Virus record (IMG/VR): IMGVR_UViG_3300022309_000005
Span: 8,806 to 72,805 of that record
Reading direction: 5' to 3' (one strand)
Length of the DNA: 64,000 nucleotides
Source: a virus
Taxonomy: Duplodnaviria; Caudoviricetes
Shown here: positions 1 to 8,179 of the stretch, piece by piece
Position numbering within the stretch: position 1 is the first letter of the stretch
Layout: every line of letters begins with the position of its first letter
Made by a program: the position numbers and the translations under genes
Notes under the pieces: model-generated
What the model was told of the DNA's origin: nothing
Database searches by the model: none
The model's input: only the letters and a program-made list of their open reading frames with translations

Positions 1-93
1 ACGGAGCCGTTCCCGCCGACGAGGACGCACGACGCGGCAGGGACGCTGCGCACAGGGTATCGGCCAGAGCATGAAGACGAAGTGGAGGAGTGA
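1..93 (+). CDS. Partial CDS (C-terminus), homolog of 35262-35576
   Basis: Frame 1 reads ...RTHDAAGTLRTGYRPEHEDEVEE*, matching ...RTHDVHGVRRTG...EDELEE*. Confidence 0.7.
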   Translation, partial: TEPFPPTRTHDAAGTLRTGYRPEHEDEVEE

Positions 94-95
94 CG

Positions 96-362
96 ATGGG
101 ACTGCCGAAGATGCCGCTGGTATTCGAGCCGCACGTTGATGAAGTGGATCTCGTCCTGAACCGAGACGGCTACGAGCTGAAGCGCGAGGAGGTGGAGGCG
201 CTCAACAAGATGCCCGAGCTGCTACGCGACTTCGCGCGGCACGTCCTGGAGCGGCCGAAGCGCCAGGAGCAGGGCGACGTCATGCCGCAGACGTTCGAGT
301 CCTGGGCGGCAGATCTGATCGTGCTCGCGAAGGACGCCCGCGAGCTGCTGGGGGAGGAGTGA
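96..362 (+). CDS. Hypothetical phage protein
   Basis: GGAGGAG SD with stop/start coupling. Confidence 0.7.
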   Translation: MGLPKMPLVFEPHVDEVDLVLNRDGYELKREEVEALNKMPELLRDFARHVLERPKRQEQGDVMPQTFESWAADLIVLAKDARELLGEE

Positions 363-363
363 C

Positions 364-576
364 ATGCTGCGGAGCCAAGTGAAGATCTCGGCGATGCTCG
401 TGGGCATCGAGGAGTACGAGAACGGCGCGCATCCGTTCACAACCGCCGTCGAAGTTCGTCCGGGCGAAACCGTCGAGGATCTGGCGTGGCGGCTGCTCAC
501 CATTAGCGACATGCGGCACCCGTTGCTTGCGCACGCGCTCGAGATTCGGCTCGTCATGCCGGCCGAGGAGGAGTGA
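364..576 (+). CDS. Hypothetical phage protein
   Basis: GAGGAG-TGA-C-ATG junction. Confidence 0.7.
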   Translation: MLRSQVKISAMLVGIEEYENGAHPFTTAVEVRPGETVEDLAWRLLTISDMRHPLLAHALEIRLVMPAEEE

Positions 577-577
577 C

Positions 578-910
578 ATGGACGAGTTCAAGGACGCATC
601 GCCCCCGCCGTGGACGGTGGACGAAGACGGCGCCATGCTCGACGCCAACGGCGAGCAGGTGGGCCATATCATGCCCAAGAGGCGAGCGCGTGACGCGGCA
701 CTCGTCTCGCGGGCGGTGAACGCCTTCGGGCCGATGCGCGAGGCGCTGGCCGAACTCGAGGAGGCGGTGTCCACCGGGGCGGCGCCGTTCAAGCCGGAAT
801 ACGCGCTCGAATGGATGATCCGCGAAGGCGGCGAGGCGACCGTAAAACCGGAGTTGCTGCTCAAGTGCGTCCGCGCCCTCCGCGCGGCCAATGGGGAGGG
901 CGAGCGATGA
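578..910 (+). CDS. Hypothetical phage protein
   Basis: SD, coupled ATGA overlap with next gene. Confidence 0.72.
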   Translation: MDEFKDASPPPWTVDEDGAMLDANGEQVGHIMPKRRARDAALVSRAVNAFGPMREALAELEEAVSTGAAPFKPEYALEWMIREGGEATVKPELLLKCVRALRAANGEGER

Positions 911-1392
911 TCGAGCTGATCAATGGACTGTTCGCGGTCTACCTGAAGGAGTACCCGGACGAGGGCTCGGCGCTCATCGAGGCCGAAGACAGCGACGAGG
1001 CAATCGGGCTTGCGTGCGAGCGTGACGACGAATACGGACACGGCGGCCCATGGGTCGGCGAACGGGCCGAGGCCCTGACCGCCGAGGCGATGACGCCGGA
1101 GGCGATGGTCGTTCGGGTCGCGGACGGAGAGGCGGACCCGGCCGGCACCATCGAGGGGCAGTGGCTCGCCAACGTCGCGTGCGGGCAGGCGATGGAGATC
1201 GAGCGGTTGCGCGCCGCACTGGCCGCTGCCGAGAAGAGAGCAGGAGAGTGCCGCGCCGGTTGGGCGTCCGCCGTCGAGGCGTTGTGGTGGTGCAGTGGCG
1301 CCCCGGAGTTCCAGGTTGGCGGCCGGGCGCGCAAGGGCTGGGAGTCGGAGGTAGAGCCGGCCCTCATGCTGTGGGCGGAGCGGAAGCCATGA
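907..1392 (+). CDS. Hypothetical protein, N-terminal two-thirds homologous to 36766-37227
   Basis: Shared VYLxEYPDEGSALIEA...MEIERLR, unrelated C-termini. Confidence 0.8.
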   Translation: MIELINGLFAVYLKEYPDEGSALIEAEDSDEAIGLACERDDEYGHGGPWVGERAEALTAEAMTPEAMVVRVADGEADPAGTIEGQWLANVACGQAMEIERLRAALAAAEKRAGECRAGWASAVEALWWCSGAPEFQVGGRARKGWESEVEPALMLWAERKP

Positions 1393-2168
1393 CGACGCCA
1401 CGACGCCCGACCGACGAGGAGTTCGAGACGCTCGCCGCTGCCCACGACGGCACCCAGGGATGCCAGGACATGGAGGCCGAGGCCCGCCGCGCCCGCTCCG
1501 GGGAGGAGCAGGCCGGGCGGGATAGAGACGACCTCGCGCGCGCCAACGCGAGCCTGGCCCGAGAGCGAGACCTGGCCATCGAGGCGCACTACAACGCGAC
1601 GGCGAAGCGTGACGCCATCCGCCAGCGCGTGATCGACCTGTTCGACGGCGGATTCACGACGCGGCGGCCGGAAGCGCAGGCGGCCGCCGACGCACTCCGG
1701 GAACTGGTCGGACTGTCGGACGCCGGACCCGTCGCCGGAATGGCGCGACATGCCGAGGTCAGGGCGAGGGAACGCGCCGAGTCTGAGCGGGACGAAGCTC
1801 GGGCCTGGGCCGCGAAGGTCGAGGCGGCCTTCGGCGACGCACAGCGCGAGCTGAGCACCATCCTCGCCCGCGGCCCGGACGAGAAGCTCGACGACGCGGC
1901 CCGGCGAGTGGTTGCGGAGTGCGACGCCCTGCGCGCCGAGGTGGAGCGGCTCAAGGCCGAGTTGCACGCCGCCCGGATGGCAGAGGAGCGCCAGTCAGCG
2001 GCGCGAGCGGTCGCGGAGCGTGAGCGCGAAGATCTGCCACGGATCAAAGCGATTCTCGTCGAGACACGGACACAGCGGGACGGGGCGCTGGAGCACGTCG
2101 CGAAGCTGGAGGCGCAGATCGACCGGATGCGGCAGCGCATCCAGGAACTGGAGGAGCATCATGGGTGA
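1389..2168 (+). CDS. Coiled-coil phage protein, mosaic homolog of 37224-37958
   Basis: Shared ARSGEEQAGR and RDGALEHVAKLEAQIDRMR...ELEEHHG. Confidence 0.8.
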   Translation: MTTPRRPTDEEFETLAAAHDGTQGCQDMEAEARRARSGEEQAGRDRDDLARANASLARERDLAIEAHYNATAKRDAIRQRVIDLFDGGFTTRRPEAQAAADALRELVGLSDAGPVAGMARHAEVRARERAESERDEARAWAAKVEAAFGDAQRELSTILARGPDEKLDDAARRVVAECDALRAEVERLKAELHAARMAEERQSAARAVAEREREDLPRIKAILVETRTQRDGALEHVAKLEAQIDRMRQRIQELEEHHG

Positions 2169-2514
2169 AGATCGGATGACGTGGGAGGAGTTCGAGCGGC
2201 GCGTGGTGACGGCAGTCGTGGCGGCGCTGGCGCTGCGGGGCAAGATCCCGGGGCAGGAGTTGAGGGACGAGTTCGAGGCGCTTCTCGGCTACAGCGAGGG
2301 CAGCAGGGTCCTGGCCGCCCTGGACAAGCCGCCGCGGTTCTGCTCCGACTGCGGGAAGCCGCACACGCGGGCGCTCCAGACGCAGTGCTGGGACTGCGAG
2401 GAGGCGCGCGCGAAGAAGGCGCGGGAAGAGCGGGAGGCGGAGATCCGCGCCGACGAGCGAGCGAAGGTGGAGGCGGAGATCCGCGAGAAGATGGCGAAGG
2501 GAGGGGAGTTCTGA
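2161..2514 (+). CDS. CxxC zinc-finger protein, homolog of 37951-38301
   Basis: CSDC...CWDC plus charged helix; SD. Confidence 0.75.
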   Translation: MGEDRMTWEEFERRVVTAVVAALALRGKIPGQELRDEFEALLGYSEGSRVLAALDKPPRFCSDCGKPHTRALQTQCWDCEEARAKKAREEREAEIRADERAKVEAEIREKMAKGGEF

Positions 2515-3164
2515 TGGGCGCGCCCTTGACCGCGGATCTTCCGGACGAGTTGGCGGACGATCTCGCCGCTGTCGATGGCGTTGCGGCGTTGCCGAATCGT
2601 CCGCCGTGGCAGCCCCGGACGCTTGCCGACGTGGACTGGCTCCTCGAGCGGATGGGCCAGCTCGACGCCGAAGCGGCGGAGAATCAGACCGTGGCGGACG
2701 CGGCGACGCAGCGAATCCTCGAGCGCCTGGACCGGGCCAACGGGCGGCTCAAGAGGCAACGGGACTACCTGGAGAGCCTCGCTGCGGCGTACGCGCGGGA
2801 GCACCGGAAGGAGATCATCCCGGGCAAGAAGAAGTCGCGCGAGCTGCCCAACGGCGAGCTGTGCTGGAGGAAGACGGGCGGGCGGCTGGTACTGAACCAG
2901 GACGATCTGGTTTCGCTCGCCCCCGGCGAAGAAGCGCCGAAGAGCGCGACGGCGCAGCTCCTGGAGTGGGCGAAGGCTCGCCGCTGCACGCATCCCGAAC
3001 TCGTGCGCGTGAAGGAAGAGCCGGCCCTGGCTGAGATCCAGAGGTACTGCGCGGCGCTGGATCCGGCCCCCATCCCGCCCGGGATGCACTGGGAAGACGA
3101 GGATCCGTACGGCAGGCTCGAGGTGAAGCCGGCTGGGAGCGCGCTCGCGAAGGTGACGAAGTAG
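2514..3164 (+). CDS. Mu Gam-like host-nuclease inhibitor / DNA-end-binding protein
   Basis: Coiled coil followed by KKSRELPNGELCWRK motif typical of Gam-like proteins; precedes recombinase. Confidence 0.7.
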   Translation: MGAPLTADLPDELADDLAAVDGVAALPNRPPWQPRTLADVDWLLERMGQLDAEAAENQTVADAATQRILERLDRANGRLKRQRDYLESLAAAYAREHRKEIIPGKKKSRELPNGELCWRKTGGRLVLNQDDLVSLAPGEEAPKSATAQLLEWAKARRCTHPELVRVKEEPALAEIQRYCAALDPAPIPPGMHWEDEDPYGRLEVKPAGSALAKVTK

Positions 3165-3193
3165 ACAACGACGCAACGACACGGAGACGATGC

Positions 3194-4141
3194 ATGGCTT
3201 TCACGAAGGCAACAAAGAGGAAGGCGAAGCTCAAAATCGCGCTGAAGGGCGCGGCGGGGACGGGGAAGACGTTCTCGGCGCTGGTGATCGCCCGGGTGCT
3301 GGGCGGCAAGACGGCGCTCGCGGATTCTGAGCACGGACGCGCGCTCTTGTACGCGGATCGCTTCGACTTCGATCACCAGTCCCTCGAGACGTTCTCGCTC
3401 GACACCTACGTTGCGGTCCTGCGCGAGATGGCGGATGGGGGCTACTCGGTTGGCATCCTGGACAGCATCTCCCACGCCTGGGTCGGCAAGGGCGGCGCGC
3501 TCGAGGAGGTGGACCGGAGAACGGGAGCCCACGAGAGCAAGTTCAGCAGCGGATGGAAGGCCGTGACGCCGAAGCAGAACAACTTCGTGGACGCTATGCG
3601 CGGCTACCCCGGGCACTTGATCGCCACCATGCGCACCAAGATGGAGTACGTCCTCGAGGAGAACGACCGCGGCAAGAAAGTCCCCAAGAAGGTGGGGCTC
3701 GCCCCGGTGCAGCGCGAGGGGATGGAATACGAGTTCGATTTCATCTTCGATCTGGACGGGGACAAGATCCACGTCACCAAGTCGAGCTTCTCAGCGCTGG
3801 ACAACGCTGTCCTGACGCGGGACGAGCTGCCCGGCGCCATCGAGAAGATCAAGGCGTGGCTCGAGGACGGCTCGCCGCCCGCTCCCCCAGCGCCCAAGAC
3901 GGTCACCCCGTACGAGAAGCTCGAGCGCCTCATGGCTGCGCGTCCGGACGTGCCTCCGGAGGCGTGGAAAGAGTACCTGAAGCGCGACCGGAAGCGCGCG
4001 GGCCGGCAGGCCGTGACGGAAGAGGACGTGGTCGCGACGCTGGCCGCGTTCCCCCTGCCGCCGCCCCACGACCCGAAGACCGGCGAAGTGTCCGAGCCTC
4101 CCCCTCCAGGGGACGAGCACGCGCCGGGAGGTGGGCAGTGA
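3194..4141 (+). CDS. AAA-domain (Sak4-like) phage recombination ATPase
   Basis: Walker A GAAGTGKT, ILDSISHAW, GHLIATMR, QREGMEYEFD motifs. Confidence 0.82.
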   Translation: MAFTKATKRKAKLKIALKGAAGTGKTFSALVIARVLGGKTALADSEHGRALLYADRFDFDHQSLETFSLDTYVAVLREMADGGYSVGILDSISHAWVGKGGALEEVDRRTGAHESKFSSGWKAVTPKQNNFVDAMRGYPGHLIATMRTKMEYVLEENDRGKKVPKKVGLAPVQREGMEYEFDFIFDLDGDKIHVTKSSFSALDNAVLTRDELPGAIEKIKAWLEDGSPPAPPAPKTVTPYEKLERLMAARPDVPPEAWKEYLKRDRKRAGRQAVTEEDVVATLAAFPLPPPHDPKTGEVSEPPPPGDEHAPGGGQ

Positions 4142-4500
4142 GCGCCCCCAAGCCGTCCTTCACCACGGATCTCCAACAGGCCATCGAGGCTTCGCTCCTG
4201 TCCCTGGTCCGCAAGGGCGACTGGCTCGTACTCGACTACCAGCGGCGCGTCCAGGTCCCGGTCGAGCGCCTTCGGGAGATCTACGAGGCCATCGACTTCG
4301 AGCGCGTCAAGGCGCTGTGCATCGAGCGAGCAGAGGAACGAATCGCCGACGCCTACATGAACGCGATGGCGACGGAGATCGCCACGGACGTGAAGCACAT
4401 CCTCAGCAACCGCGAGCTGCGCGAAGACCTGCGCTCCATCATCCGCGCCAAGATCAAGGCAGCGGCGGCGGCAGTCACGAAGGACGGAGGTGCAGCTTGA
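4138..4500 (+). CDS. Hypothetical protein (GTG start)
   Basis: GTGA overlap with GGAGG SD; ordinary protein composition. Confidence 0.7.
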   Translation: MSAPKPSFTTDLQQAIEASLLSLVRKGDWLVLDYQRRVQVPVERLREIYEAIDFERVKALCIERAEERIADAYMNAMATEIATDVKHILSNRELREDLRSIIRAKIKAAAAAVTKDGGAA

Positions 4501-4769
4501 GCGGGTTGAGAGACAAGCCGGCGTATCCCGGCATCGAGACCATCCAGGGCGAGGTGTCAACCATGCATTTCGGCACGCCCGGGATGACGTACCGGGAGGC
4601 GGCGGCGCTCCACATCATGGCGGGGTTCGCCAGCGACCCGGACTGGACCAATCGCAGAACGTCACAGGCCACCAACGCCAGCGCGCTGGCCGTCGAGTGG
4701 GCGGACGCGCTGATCTCCGCGCTCGAAGCCCCGGACGCGACCACGCCGAAGGAGGCCCCCACGCCTTGA
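4497..4769 (+). CDS. Conserved small phage protein (TTG start), homolog of 40291-40557
   Basis: GMTYREAAALHIMAG...LAVEWADALI motif. Confidence 0.78.
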   Translation: MSGLRDKPAYPGIETIQGEVSTMHFGTPGMTYREAAALHIMAGFASDPDWTNRRTSQATNASALAVEWADALISALEAPDATTPKEAPTP

Positions 4770-4980
4770 CCTTGGGCTGCATTCCGCGGCCCCGCGCCAC
4801 TGGCCAGTATCCCCCGGCTGCCCGGTGGCGTGTCTTTCGCGCGGCGAGTCGGCGACCCCAACCGGCTCGCATGATGGCAGGGACCACACCGGAACCCCGG
4901 CCATCATCACCGCTCGGCCGGACCTGTCCCTTCTCCGCTCCTCGGGGCAGGCCGGCCGGCGGGGGCGCCATCGGGTGAGG

Positions 4981-5010
4981 TTGATGGGCGAGCGGTGGGC
5001 GTGGTAGGGT
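4981..5010 (+). promoter_or_regulatory. Sigma70-type promoter TTGATG-N18-TAGGGT with extended -10 TG
   Basis: Conserved at 41032-41061; no credible ORF downstream. Confidence 0.55.
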
Positions 5011-5016
5011 GCTGGC

Positions 5017-5310
5017 GTTTCCTCGCTGAGCGGCGCGCAGTAGGCGCGCGGGACGAGCGAATCCTCCCGCCGTCGCACCGCTTGGGCTGACTGGCTGCGG
5101 CGAACAGCCAGACACGTCGGCCCCGGTCATCCCTCGCGGGACAGCCGGGGCCGAGTAGTCTGTGGGAGGTGGCGTCCAGGCCGGCCCCGTCGAGCACCCT
5201 GGCCGGCGCGATGTGAAAGTCGCGCCGGAGGGGATCCCCGGGCCAGCGTCCAGGGGTAGCGGATCAGCCGGTGGCGAGGACGGCGGCCCGGGGCCGAGAG
5301 GCTCCGGGCC
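5017..5310 (+). ncRNA. Candidate structured ncRNA locus of phage A
   Basis: Stacked hairpins 5033-5049, 5091-5111, 5117-5154, 5203-5228, 5286-5309 (GAGA loop); long-range stem 5063-5070/5162-5169; core conserved in B. Confidence 0.55.
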
Positions 5311-5332
5311 GTGGTGTCTGCGCCAGCGCGTT

Positions 5333-5908
5333 CTACCACTCCCCGGACAGCGACAACTGAGGGATCGGCGCGAGCGGCCTGGCGGGGCGAATGAGCGCGG
5401 CGGCCCCGAGGAACAGCGGACCCCAGACCCGGCGCTCGACATGCCCGCCAACCACGAGCGCCCCGGCCGGTGACGCCAGCGACAGCGTCCCCAGGTCCGT
5501 CCCGACGAGTACCCCAACCCGCCAGTCCGGTCGGACGGTGACGATGCGCTCGACGGTCCTGACGGCCTCCACCTTGGCCTTGGCCTTGCTCTCCGCCTTC
5601 AGCTCGACGGTCACCGGCTCGCGCACCTCCTCCCGCACCGTCTCGACGAGCGGCCGGTCTGGGCATGGCGAGCCCGGGGGCGCCGGGAGCTCGCGCGTCA
5701 CCGTCCGGATGCGGACAGGCCCCTCGACGCGCTTCACCACCTCGCGGTCCTGGTACTCAATCCGCTCCTGGACATCCACGATGACCCGCTCTTCGACGCG
5801 CACCGGGGCCGTCCACCGTCCGCCGACGAACGCCAGCGCGCCCACCGCCACCACCACGAGCGCGCACGCCAGCCGCGCGCGGAGCGCCTCGAGGAACCGA
5901 ACCATCAC
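5333..5908 (-). CDS. Spanin-position protein: N-terminal TM helix, beta-rich C-terminus
   Basis: Directly downstream of endolysin; TM ALVVVAVGALAFVGG; homolog 41648-42220. Confidence 0.65.
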   Translation of the reverse strand: MMVRFLEALRARLACALVVVAVGALAFVGGRWTAPVRVEERVIVDVQERIEYQDREVVKRVEGPVRIRTVTRELPAPPGSPCPDRPLVETVREEVREPVTVELKAESKAKAKVEAVRTVERIVTVRPDWRVGVLVGTDLGTLSLASPAGALVVGGHVERRVWGPLFLGAAALIRPARPLAPIPQLSLSGEW

Positions 5909-6444
5909 GCCACCTCGGGCGGAGCGATGGGCTCGAAGTCGCGCGGCTCCGGCGACGGCGCGCCGAAGCCCACCTCGACCCGCCCGGGGTCGTCACCCAG
6001 GAAGAGCGCCCGCTCCAGCGCCCGCCGCCGAACGAGTCCGCGCAACTCCCGAAGCTCTCCGGTCCTGCGGTCCCGGGCCTTGGTCCACTTCAGGAACTCG
6101 TCGGCCGCGGCCTGTGTGTTGCCAGCGCGGACGTGCGCGAGCAATTTGGACTTGCGCAGGTTCTCCAGGCCGATGTTGTAGACCAAGCTCACGAGCGCCC
6201 CGAACTGGTTGGGCGTGACGCTGGCGCCCTGGAGCGCGGCCTCGACGCCGGCCCCGAAGTCCGCGAGCCGCTCGAGGAGACGGTCGTACGCCTCGGCCTC
6301 AGTGATGCGCATGCCGCGCCGCACGTGCGGCCCGGTGTCGCCGTAGCCGATGGTCCACACTTTCGCTGGGCATAGGTACGCCTCGGCCTGGAAGGTCTCC
6401 TCTCTACGGATCAGCGCGATGGCTTCTTGGCAGGTCTCCATCAC
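5905..6444 (-). CDS. Endolysin, GH24 phage lysozyme
   Basis: E-x8-C-x5-T triad (EETFQAEAYLCPAKVWTIGYG), NQFGALVSLVYNIG, GLVRRRALERALFL. Confidence 0.93.
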   Translation of the reverse strand: MMETCQEAIALIRREETFQAEAYLCPAKVWTIGYGDTGPHVRRGMRITEAEAYDRLLERLADFGAGVEAALQGASVTPNQFGALVSLVYNIGLENLRKSKLLAHVRAGNTQAAADEFLKWTKARDRRTGELRELRGLVRRRALERALFLGDDPGRVEVGFGAPSPEPRDFEPIAPPEVA

Positions 6445-6707
6445 TGCACCTCGGGTGTTGCGCGTTGGCCATTCATCCTATGCAACCCGTCGAGCCAGAC
6501 GGTGAGCGGTCGGGCTCCGGCGCATACGACGCACGCCAGACGCTCGGGCTCCCCGGGCTCGCACTTGCCGTGCCTAGCGCACAGATAGGCGGTCACCGAT
6601 GCCAGCGCCAGTACGAAGCCGGCCTGCACCTTCGTCTTGCGCGCCATCTTCCACGCCCACGAAGCGAAGCCCGTCTTTCTCCTTCGTCGCTTCGTGGCCT
6701 CGGCCAT
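6441..6707 (-). CDS. Small membrane protein (holin/antiholin candidate)
   Basis: Basic N-terminus, one TM, Cys-rich tail, upstream of endolysin; homolog 42760-43026. Confidence 0.55.
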   Translation of the reverse strand: MAEATKRRRRKTGFASWAWKMARKTKVQAGFVLALASVTAYLCARHGKCEPGEPERLACVVCAGARPLTVWLDGLHRMNGQRATPEVQ

Positions 6708-6710
6708 GCC

Positions 6711-6887
6711 CTACCGCCGATCCATGAGCACAGCCGGAGCAACCGACGGCCCGCCTACGCGCGCATGAGACGCGATTGCTCGTGCGCTGGTCTCGTAGAG
6801 CACCGCCGTCGCGAGCACGAACACGACGACAAAGAGCGCCGCCAGAGCGACGCAGCGCGCGCAGATGCTCAGGGCGGGGCGAATCAT
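6711..6887 (-). CDS. Small membrane protein (holin candidate)
   Basis: Hydrophobic VALAALFVVVFVLATAVLY; homolog 43030-43206. Confidence 0.55.
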   Translation of the reverse strand: MIRPALSICARCVALAALFVVVFVLATAVLYETSARAIASHARVGGPSVAPAVLMDRR

Positions 6888-7078
6888 CGGCCGCCGCTCG
6901 CCGTGCCCGTGGTCTGGATGTCCGGGCGCTTGGGGAAGATCGGCATACGCTTGTCCTTCTCTTCGCTCTGCTGCTCGGTGCAGTCCCTCGAGCCCTTGCA
7001 CTGGACGGTCACGCACGCCAGGAGCGAAAGGGACAGCATGAGGACGGACAGCGAAAGTGCCATGAGAACTTGTCGCAT
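6884..7078 (-). CDS. Small lipoprotein
   Basis: Signal peptide with LLAC lipobox; near-identical homolog 43203-43397. Confidence 0.7.
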   Translation of the reverse strand: MRQVLMALSLSVLMLSLSLLACVTVQCKGSRDCTEQQSEEKDKRMPIFPKRPDIQTTGTASGGR

Positions 7079-7079
7079 G

Positions 7080-8168
7080 CTACTGTCTCCCTACGATGTC
7101 AACGTAGAAATTGCGGATGGATGTTGAGAAATTGATAGCGGTTGTGGTTGGTGGACCGCCAATTGTCGTCTGAAGGCCGTAAATCCTAATCTCATTGAAC
7201 GACGCTCCCTGGATTGAGCCGCCGTAGGTTTCGGCCCAACCCATTGCGCCGGTGGCGTATTGAAGCGCGTTGATTGAATGGTTGACGAGATCTGCCATTG
7301 GTCCGGCCAGAATGACCGACACGTAGGCCCCGGCGCCACCAATTGAGACGGATGCGATGTTCATTCCGCCGAGCAGCGAGACTCCTCCGACCCCATCTGT
7401 CTGAATCCTGGCAAAAGCCTTGTGTGTGCTGGCGGGTGTGATTTTGTTGACGATTGCGACATTTGAGTTTGGGTTGGGAACCAACGACATGTCAAGATCG
7501 CCGTTTGACAGCGTGCATGCGTTCTGTCTGACGGCTGCTGTCGCGGCTGTGCCGTTGGCAAGCACGGCGCCAGCGAACCCGGCCCCGCCCGTTGCCTGGA
7601 CGCCAGGCTTGCCCGCTGCGCCAGTGGCCTCGGCGGATGCGCCTTTCAGGTTTTGCGTCGCCTCGACGTTTCCGGTGATGACGAGCCCGGTCGAGGAGAG
7701 CGCGGCCTTCTTCGTCCCGAGGACGGAGAGCCCGAGCACGCCCGCCGCATCCTTGTACATGCCCGTGCCCTGCTCCGCCTTGAAGGTGTAGCTTGGAGTG
7801 GCGGCGAGCCCGTTCGGAGCCCAATACCCATCGGCGGAGTCAACGTTCCCTTCGTTGGTGCTGATCCCGACTCCGGCGATCTTCAGCTTCAGCTCTCCCG
7901 CAACGGCGACGCCGATCTCGTTCGCCGCAATCCGATACATGCCGGTGTCCGGATCGAGCCCGAAGGCAAGTCCGGGCGCGGCCTCTGTGCCATCGACGAT
8001 CTTCAGCGAGGCCAGCATCCCGCCCTGCCCGCTCCTGGACAGCGAATCGGTCAACGCCGTGGCGATGTCCGAAAGCGTCTGGTTCGCCCAGGTGGGCGTG
8101 ATGGTCGTCCCATCGACAACCGGGTTGCCGGCCGGAAGTGTGTAGGTGCCGCTCGGGTTGCGCGCCAT
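7080..8168 (-). CDS. Tail fibre / receptor-binding protein
   Basis: Conserved N-terminal MARNPSGTYTLPAGNPVV anchor, Gly-rich repeats, divergent lower-GC C-terminus. Confidence 0.82.
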   Translation of the reverse strand: MARNPSGTYTLPAGNPVVDGTTITPTWANQTLSDIATALTDSLSRSGQGGMLASLKIVDGTEAAPGLAFGLDPDTGMYRIAANEIGVAVAGELKLKIAGVGISTNEGNVDSADGYWAPNGLAATPSYTFKAEQGTGMYKDAAGVLGLSVLGTKKAALSSTGLVITGNVEATQNLKGASAEATGAAGKPGVQATGGAGFAGAVLANGTAATAAVRQNACTLSNGDLDMSLVPNPNSNVAIVNKITPASTHKAFARIQTDGVGGVSLLGGMNIASVSIGGAGAYVSVILAGPMADLVNHSINALQYATGAMGWAETYGGSIQGASFNEIRIYGLQTTIGGPPTTTAINFSTSIRNFYVDIVGRQ

Positions 8169-8179
8169 GGTGTCGTCTC

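Noticed and set aside
5085-5160. Hammerhead or other known self-cleaving ribozyme
   Set aside because: The CTGANGA and GAAA core is not present in the required arrangement on either strand
4907-5197. Minus-strand ORFs in the convergent intergenic region (also 40688-41221)
   Set aside because: Frame and start are not conserved between copies, composition is not protein-like, and the sequence is dominated by hairpins
4770-5332. Hairpin-telomere (telRL) or dif-like site
   Set aside because: No long perfect AT-rich palindrome, no XerC/D-like arms, no protelomerase
7080-8168. Diversity-generating retroelement acting on the tail fibre
   Set aside because: No reverse transcriptase and no template repeat differing only at adenines
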